36,975 nt of DNA, from positions 43,654 to 80,628 of the forward strand of contig JBNGIO010005721.1 of assembly GCA_049999805.1 (NCBI GenBank), in the 5' to 3' direction. This DNA comes from Folioceros fuciformis. Taxonomy: Eukaryota. Positions 29,705-36,975 of this stretch are shown here, piece after piece. The position numbers were made by a program, and so were the translations under genes. Numbering within the stretch: the stretch's first letter is position 1; every line of letters starts with the position of its first letter. Under the pieces are notes generated by a model, which was not told where the DNA came from, did not search any database, and was given only the letters and a program-made list of their open reading frames with translations.

Positions 29705-32587
29705 TCATGGCTTGTGTTGCAACATCGGCTCGCCGCAAGGTACATATCTTTCTGCCTTCAGTTGTGACGAAATTTCGTCAAGCTTGGCATATATGCTGTC
29801 GACTTCAGGATGTCCTTCATCCTCCGCAGTAAACACATGAGCCTTCCCTTGCTTATCCACCCACCAGCTCCTTCCTGGTTCCTTCCATGCTTCTAATTTC
29901 ATTCTCATTGCTTGAATTCTCTTGGCTTCGTCTGGCATGTTAGCACCTCCATAGACGTTGGACATGAGAACATACGGTGCACCGTCACTTTCATCCAAGG
30001 CCACTGCACACGCAAATGCCTTCCTTGCAAGCTCCACGTTCCCCCATTTTTGACAAGCACTCAACACGCATTTCCACAACACGTTGTCAGGCTGGAAGGG
30101 CATCATATTCACCAATTCCATGGCTTGGTGAAGTTGGCCAGCACGTCCAAATAAATCAACCATGCAGTTGTAGTGTTGAATGGTGGGGGAGACGCCGTAG
30201 TCTTCGCTCATTGCCTCGAAGTACTTGAGTCCCCTGTCCACAAGACCCACCTGACTGCATGCAGTGAGTACACCAAGGAATGTGATGGTGTCCGGCTGTA
30301 CACCCTCCTCATTCATTCTGCTGAAGAGGTTGAACACCTCCTCGCTCTCTCCCTGACGGGCATATCCCATGAGCAACGCATTCCAGGCTACGATGTCTGT
30401 GGTGGCTGTGGCATCGAACACCTGCTGTGCATCTACCATGCTGGAGCATTTTCCATACATATCAATCAGACTGTTTGTCAAGAAAGAGACGGTCTCAAGG
30501 CCAGCTTTCCGAATCTGGGCATGGATTTCTTTCCCCTTCGCCAGACCTGCTACAGCACCGCAAGCATTGAGTGCACCCACATAGGTCCGATCGTCCGGGG
30601 CAACACCTTCCTGTTGCATGCGTGTGTACAATTGCAGGGCCTCGTCACCCTTTTCCATCAATACGTACCCCGAGATCATGGCAGTCCATGAAACCACATC
30701 ACGATGGGACAGATTCTCAAAGACAAGTCTAGCATTCTCCAAGCTCCCACAATTGACATATGCATCCACAAGCATATTCCCCACGTGCCCATCCAACTCA
30801 CGCGTCCCGTTAACGACCTGGTCATGGATTCTTCTCACAGCTTCCAAGCATTGTTTTCTTGCAAACTTTCCTTCTTTGAGGTCACTATTCCCTAATTTTG
30901 CGATGCTCCTGCAAGCCTTGAGTGCACCGACATATGCTCTGTCGTCGGGGACAACACCTTCTTCAAGCATGCGTGTGTACAGTTGCCAAGCCTCATGGCC
31001 TTTACCCATCTGGGCATACCCTAAGATCATGGCAGTCCAGGAAACCACATCGCGATGAGGCATTTTGTCGAATACCTGACTGGCTTTCTCCAAGCTCCCA
31101 CATTTTGCATATGCATTCACCAGCATTGTGGCTAAGAAAGCGTCTAACTTCAGCTTCCTCTGCCCCACATCTGCGTGGATGGATGCCACCGTTTCCAAGC
31201 ACTGTTTTTGGACTAATACTTTCCCACCTCCTTCCTTGTTCCCCACTTCTGCCATGCTACTACAAGCCTTAAGTGCAGCGATATACGTGCGGTCATTAGG
31301 TTCCACACCATTCTGTCGCATCCGTGTATACAATTGCAGAGCCTCTTCACCCTTTCCCAACTGGGAGCACGCCAAGATGATGCAATTCCACGAAACAACA
31401 TCCCGATGAGGCATTTTCTCAAACACATGCCTAGCATCCTCCAAGCTCCCACATTTGGCGTATGCATCTGCCAGCATGTTCCCCAAAAATACATTTGACT
31501 CAAACATATCTTTACCAATGTCCTTGTGGATGGCTCTCACAGCTTTCAGCCACTTTCTTCCCAAAGCTACTCTATCATCTCCCTTCCCCTCCTCCACAAC
31601 TGCGAAGGAAAGGCAAGCCTTAAGGGCGCCAATATATGTTCGGTCGTTTCGTGCCACACCTTCTTGCTGCATCCGTGAGTACAACCGCAAAGCTTCTTCT
31701 CCCTCCTGCACCTGGGCATACCCCAGAATCATAGCCGTCCAGGAGACCACATCACGACGAGGCATTCCCTCGAATACTCTTCTAGCCTCCTCCAAGCTCC
31801 CACATTTCGCATACGCATCCACTAGCATGTTTCCCACAAACATATCGCATTCGAAGTTCCCCTTCTGAACAGCAAAGTGAATGTCTCTCACGGTCGCCAG
31901 GCACACTGTTCTCGCAAGTGCTCCATCCTCTGACTCTGCTATGCTACAGCAAGCCTTCAGTGCACCAACATATGTTCGGTCATTGGGAGCCAGACCTTCC
32001 TGTTGCATCCGCGCAAACAATTGCAAAGCCTCTTGGCCCTTCCCCTGCTGGGCATACCCCATTATCATGGCCGTCCAGCAAACCACATCATGCTTACTCA
32101 TTTCCTCAAACACCCTCCTGGCATTCTGCAGGCTCCCACACTTTGTGTAAGCATTCACAAGCACGGTGCCCACGTATAAATCCGTCTCCAGCCCATGTTT
32201 CACCAGCTCTGCATGAATCATCTGGACTCTCCTCAGGTCCTGGGTTCTTTTGCATGTCTTCAAGAGAGCAACAAAAATGTTAGACCCTGGCTCCACTCCA
32301 TCTCTGAGCATTTGCTGGCACATTCTAAGAGCCTCTTCACATTGCCCATATTCAGCGCGTTGCAGTACCACCCGTGCCCACGACTGGCCCATTCCAGGCC
32401 CATTCACGGCTCCGGCATATGCAGGTCTGTTTCCATAGACAACGCTGTAAACCTTCCCTCTGCGAGCTTGGGTGGGTGCAGCAGCAGGAGTATGTGCACA
32501 GTTTCCCCAAATCCCCAACATTCCACACTTGACGTGGGCAGCCACATTTGGGAAATGTGGGCAGCGAGGGCGAACTGAACTCTTCAT
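29705..32587 (-). CDS. PLS-class PPR (4 LL-like motifs), E1-E2, truncated WW-type E+ end
   Basis: 960-aa ORF with a transit-peptide-like N-terminus, ending WKEPGRSWWVD...HVFTAED.GHP...RYVP, with no HxE/CxxC. Confidence 0.92.
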   Translation of the reverse strand: MKSSVRPRCPHFPNVAAHVKCGMLGIWGNCAHTPAAAPTQARRGKVYSVVYGNRPAYAGAVNGPGMGQSWARVVLQRAEYGQCEEALRMCQQMLRDGVEPGSNIFVALLKTCKRTQDLRRVQMIHAELVKHGLETDLYVGTVLVNAYTKCGSLQNARRVFEEMSKHDVVCWTAMIMGYAQQGKGQEALQLFARMQQEGLAPNDRTYVGALKACCSIAESEDGALARTVCLATVRDIHFAVQKGNFECDMFVGNMLVDAYAKCGSLEEARRVFEGMPRRDVVSWTAMILGYAQVQEGEEALRLYSRMQQEGVARNDRTYIGALKACLSFAVVEEGKGDDRVALGRKWLKAVRAIHKDIGKDMFESNVFLGNMLADAYAKCGSLEDARHVFEKMPHRDVVSWNCIILACSQLGKGEEALQLYTRMRQNGVEPNDRTYIAALKACSSMAEVGNKEGGGKVLVQKQCLETVASIHADVGQRKLKLDAFLATMLVNAYAKCGSLEKASQVFDKMPHRDVVSWTAMILGYAQMGKGHEAWQLYTRMLEEGVVPDDRAYVGALKACRSIAKLGNSDLKEGKFARKQCLEAVRRIHDQVVNGTRELDGHVGNMLVDAYVNCGSLENARLVFENLSHRDVVSWTAMISGYVLMEKGDEALQLYTRMQQEGVAPDDRTYVGALNACGAVAGLAKGKEIHAQIRKAGLETVSFLTNSLIDMYGKCSSMVDAQQVFDATATTDIVAWNALLMGYARQGESEEVFNLFSRMNEEGVQPDTITFLGVLTACSQVGLVDRGLKYFEAMSEDYGVSPTIQHYNCMVDLFGRAGQLHQAMELVNMMPFQPDNVLWKCVLSACQKWGNVELARKAFACAVALDESDGAPYVLMSNVYGGANMPDEAKRIQAMRMKLEAWKEPGRSWWVDKQGKAHVFTAEDEGHPEVDSIYAKLDEISSQLKAERYVPCGEPMLQHKP

Positions 32588-32896
32588 GAAGCCAACGAGA
32601 TCGTGAATCCACCATCGCTTACAGCAAGGCTATAAGAACAAACAACATGGAAGCGGCACCGGAGTAACCTCTTGTTGCACAGAGCTGGACCTCTGCATAC
32701 AACAAGAATAGACTTGGCCCGACTCCCACAGAATGACGAAATAATTATATATTATAATAAATGTTGAGTAGTGCAACAAAACTTGGTATTTTACCATCAG
32801 TGCTTCCTCTTGCGAGGAGACTCTCTGGCTGCTCTCGCTAAATCTAGGCGGTGAACCCTACGAAGAGGACAGTCATGGACGGCAGCGTCGTCCATG

Positions 32897-35800
32897 TCAC
32901 TGAGTACGTTGCAGCACCGCAGGTAGGCGTGCCGGTAATGTGGAGAGGGACATATATTCCATAGACTCTTCGAAGGAGAACCCACACTCGTCATCCTGGT
33001 AGTACATTTGGTGGTGATCAGGTTCCAAACTTTTCGCACCATCCATGTCAAGGGAAGTTCCAGTAGCGTCGACTGATTCAAGTTCTTCGGCATCGTCGAC
33101 ATCCGACACGTCCTCATCACAGCGGGGACGCACCATGGACCAAAATAAGAAATTCGGCCTGATGTGTCTGCAGCGGAAACAAGCAGTCAGAGGAACAGAC
33201 ACTGACCATGCTAAAAATTTGCTCTCAACGGACTATCAACGACTCATGCTGACCTTTCGGAATGCCGCAGCAAGTAGGGATCGAATGGGAAGAACATGTC
33301 CATGGGATGCTTGCCATCAAACCAGCACAGCTGTTGCTCGTTTTCCTTCTTGTTCTGCTCCATCAAGTCTCGACAATCCAGCAGGTGAGCAGATTCTGCT
33401 TGCCTGAAGAACTCCTCCACCACAGAGGGCAAGCACATCTGCCAGGCGAGACAGCGTGAGTCATTCACATCTAACCCGCACAGCGAGCGTGACCAACATT
33501 GGGTGGCATGAACCCTACCTTCAAAGGATTGAGTCTTTTGTGCTCGAAGAGTTCCTTAAGGTGCATACTTCGAAGCACACGCTCATGCTCGCTGTCATCT
33601 AATAGGTCGCTGAGCTTGAAACAAAGCACGTACATGATAGCCTACAAGACCAGAACACCCATAGCTAACAGTCAGGCTTCTCTCATATTGTGTACTAAAA
33701 AAGGCCTGAAGGTCTCCAAACATCTGAGACACAGACCTGACAAGCAGAGTAGAAAACGCCACGATCAATCGGTTCATCACTCTGGACCCGGGAAAAAATC
33801 ACACACCAGTCCGATAACCTGAAATTGTCAGCTGTAAGTACCACATGGGCTCCAAAATAAAACTGCAGAAAACCCCAGTCCACAAGCCTCACAGCTCCAA
33901 CTTAGAAACACTAGTCAAACTTCAACTTGGCCAAAGCACCACAGTCCATCATGTCATGCACCTTCTCAGGCAGCTGACGACGACTCCAAGAGGCAAGTAT
34001 TTTGCACGGGCCAAGTAGCTGGCAAGATACGCTGCTGCTGACATTCTGCAGAAATGAATCACATGACCTCAGACCAAGACTCCACAAACGTGTTTTCAAT
34101 GGAAACACCAAATTCAACAGGGATCTTATTATCTGTACCTTGTGGCTGGAGGATCGTGACTGCTAATTACGATGTCACAAAGCTTTGATGCGAAATCTCC
34201 ACCACATGTTGATGGTGCAAGCGAGCAAAAATAGAAAAGAAGAAACTGAGCACAAACCCCAAATGACACGATGAGTCGGACAGCTGAGGAGCAATAAACC
34301 TCGTTCTTTCACAGACATAATTGAACATAAATCATGCGGAAGCTCACCTGAGTAAATTTTGGTTTAAAAGTACCCAAAATCGTAGAATAAAAGGAGCGCA
34401 TCAAAGTCTCGAAGACCTGCTAAAGTTCCCAGAGTGCCAACGACGGTAAGAAGTTCCGTCTTCCATAACGCTAAAAACTAGGCTGGACTAGAAGCCTTCA
34501 AATCAGCAGGACCTTTCACTGATAAAAACTACCTGACGAGCACTGGTCTCATCCGGCAAGCTCTGTAGATACTGAAGGACCAAATCCATCATCATATCCA
34601 TTTTGTCTGCCATCTCATCTAGCGTTGGTGGCGTTGTCTTGGCCCCCCTTGACAATAATCCATGCTGTAGACGGAAGGACCCAGTTAAACTAAACTACCA
34701 AGTATGCTAAACCATAAGTCAGAAACACGACAGTCAGAGACTAGAAGCAGCATACACGTCGAGAATGCTACCTCAATTCCAGGTCCCGACGGCTCTGAAG
34801 TCCCCAAGTTCTCTTCATCCCGGTCATTAGCCTCCTCTAATTCCATGTGGAATAAGAACACCTTGCTACTATCTTCTCCTCTCAAGATATCCTCCCATCT
34901 GATCTCTACCTGAAAACCAGATTGGCATCCATTTTTAACATTTGGAAGAAGTAATCCCAAGCTAGAGGTAACACAACCCAGCTGATGAAAATTGGCTCCC
35001 TCCTTAGAGGGAATGCTCCGATATCAGGAATATTCACACAAACTCAGATTGAGATGTTACAGTTCAAAAGTATGCTCACATCAATCTCCATAAGTTTATC
35101 CACAACTGCTGGAAGCATAAGTCCGCGGTTGACATCGCCCGTAGTATTCCTGTCCAGGTGCAACATACTTTCCAGATAAAGAACAATCCACTGCAGAGCG
35201 ACAAACAGGAGTTATTCTCTGAAACAATATCCTCTTCCCTCAACAAGATTGCAAGATCACTTCTGGACGTTCCAAGCACCTCTTTTGGACTAGATTTATG
35301 AGGGAACATTTTGAACACCCTTGACTGCAGGATCAGGCGAGACGTTGGAACCAGCTCCAACAGGCTTGCTATTGCTGTATGAAGGATTTGCACACAATCG
35401 TCCTTCCTTGCCAGGTGCTCAGCCTTTGATCCGCGCGCCTTTTCCATTGCAGCCAATGAGCTCTTCCATCGGTGCCTGTGGTGAGAATCCAAAAAGGCCG
35501 GCATCCCGCAAGAGGGAGGCAAAAAATTCCGAACGAGCATGTCTACACACAGATCTCTGCATCCGCCTTTTGCAGTGGCCTGTCAACAACGACCACAAAA
35601 CCCATGTAACCATACCTCCATGGGACCTAGTACACACATCCTTGCACCAACGAAAGAAAATTGATGCAGCATACCAGATTCACCACGAAATCCAGCAGAG
35701 CTTCTCCTACTCTTCGTTCGTACAGCCAAATGCTCATACCCAAAACCTGCGTACACAGAGGTACCAAATTCTTGAACAAAACAACTCCAAACGCCTGGGC

Positions 35801-36261
35801 CAGCAACTTCAACAACACAATTCGCCACTCTTACGTGAGTAAGAAGACCCTCATGTGCTCTCTGATCTATCCATGACACTGTGTAAGTCAGCATCTTGAG
35901 CCGGACCTGCGAAATTTGAAACATCAGAGACGCACAATAGAGACCCAACAAATAGGGCATCAGTGCTGGCAGCTTCAGAAACCAACCATAAGACATGCAG
36001 TGCTGACAGGATCATCCAGCTGGACATCCTTCAGCAGTCCCAGCAGCTCGTTGTATTTAGTCACATTACCCTGCAATCCAGCACAAAGGGAGTGAGACCA
36101 GCCAAAGATCTTCCACCAAGAGGCCCCCCCGGAACAAAAAGCACGGAGATGGAAGAGAAATTCACCTCCCGAGCCGCACTCAAGGCATTGAGGATGCATC
36201 CTTCAGTGATCAAATCCGATCTCGATACCGTGGCATCAGCATTTGCCTGATGCACAACCAT
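32897..36261 (-). CDS. RRN3: RNA polymerase I-specific transcription initiation factor RRN3, multi-exon
   Basis: Spliced segments read MLVRNFLPP, LVPTS...FPHK, VEIRWEDIL, MADKMD..MDL, FKPKFTQ|FLLFYFCSL, RMSAAAYLASYLARAKYL, FYSACQ|AIMYVLCF, LNPLK and FFPFDPYLLR..|.HIRPNF..W. First in-frame ATG at 36261; stop at 32897. Confidence 0.9.
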
Positions 36262-36856
36262 CGTAGCGGCACCTACGATGCCCACATGCAGTCTCGGCGT
36301 GCAAGCTGGCCAACATGAATAGGTCTACGCGATTCTCTTGCCGATCAACCCCAGTCCTCGCTCGTAGGCCGTGATGCATGCATCACCTGACCGGATCCTA
36401 ACGTAACACGGTCGTCGGGGTTTAAGGATCGGTCGAAACCTAGCGCTTCTGCCCCTCGCGACGGAGGAAACGTGCGAAACGTCTCAATATCGATCCCGCG
36501 GCGGCGCCCCTTCGAGCGCACGTAACTTGTGGAAAGCTTCCGAAGTACGTCTTCTTACATAGGTATGTAGATGTATACACAGGGCCATCTCATCCGCTAT
36601 TTCATGCCGATACAGATGTTTCCTTTTCTGTTCCTCCTAACGTAGTTGACCCTCACCTGCTTACTAACCTTGGTCAGGGTTGAAGGGTGGGGCAAGCCCT
36701 AGACTTCTTTCGACCGCGCAGCCGCCGGATGCGAATGGAAATGCGAATTTCTGGATGGCAACACGAATTTTGGTTGCGAACGCGAATTCTGGACGCTGCG
36801 GCGAATCGGAAATTGTGAGTGCCAACGCTGAAAGCGAATGCGAACGTGACGACAGA

Positions 36857-36975
36857 ATGTCAACGGAGATGGGAATTGTGAAGGAGGCGGAAATCGAAGG
36901 CAGAGGTCGGGGCCTGGTTGCGGCTCGCAGAGTGACGGGAGGAGAGGTATTGCTGAAGGAGGCACCAATCTTGGT
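36857..36975 (+). CDS. 5' end of a SET/SMYD-type lysine methyltransferase (ASHR2-like), truncated by the window edge
   Basis: MSTEMGIVKEAEIEGRGRGLVAARRVTGGEVLLKEAPIL matches the SET N-terminal GRGRGLVA..G.V.L.E.P motif. Confidence 0.7.
   Translation, partial: MSTEMGIVKEAEIEGRGRGLVAARRVTGGEVLLKEAPIL

Overview
Gene-dense land-plant nuclear DNA with short GT-AG introns. It is most likely from a hornwort (Anthoceros-like) or another seed-free plant; this is an inference from the PPR subtypes and compactness. The window is dominated by organellar RNA-editing factors. One is an intronless PLS-class PPR protein with a DYW:KP-type deaminase domain, the clade linked to U-to-C editing, whose N-terminus carries a PDF motif otherwise typical of OSB organellar ssDNA-binding proteins. 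The others form a 16-kb cluster of five paralogous intronless PLS-PPR ORFs with elongated L ('LL-like') motifs and truncated WW-type PG-box ends lacking the catalytic HxE/CxxC residues. Also present: an acireductone dioxygenase pseudogene fragment, an 8-exon bacterial-like GST (SHYC motif), a RING-HC/TM protein, two plastid GNAT acetyltransferases (NSI/SNAT-like and GNAT5-like), a 10-exon GT14-like/DUF266 glycosyltransferase, RRN3, the 5' end of an ASHR2-like SET protein, and an AT-rich intergenic block with nested tandem repeats. All family calls are from motif recognition by eye; no database searches were run.
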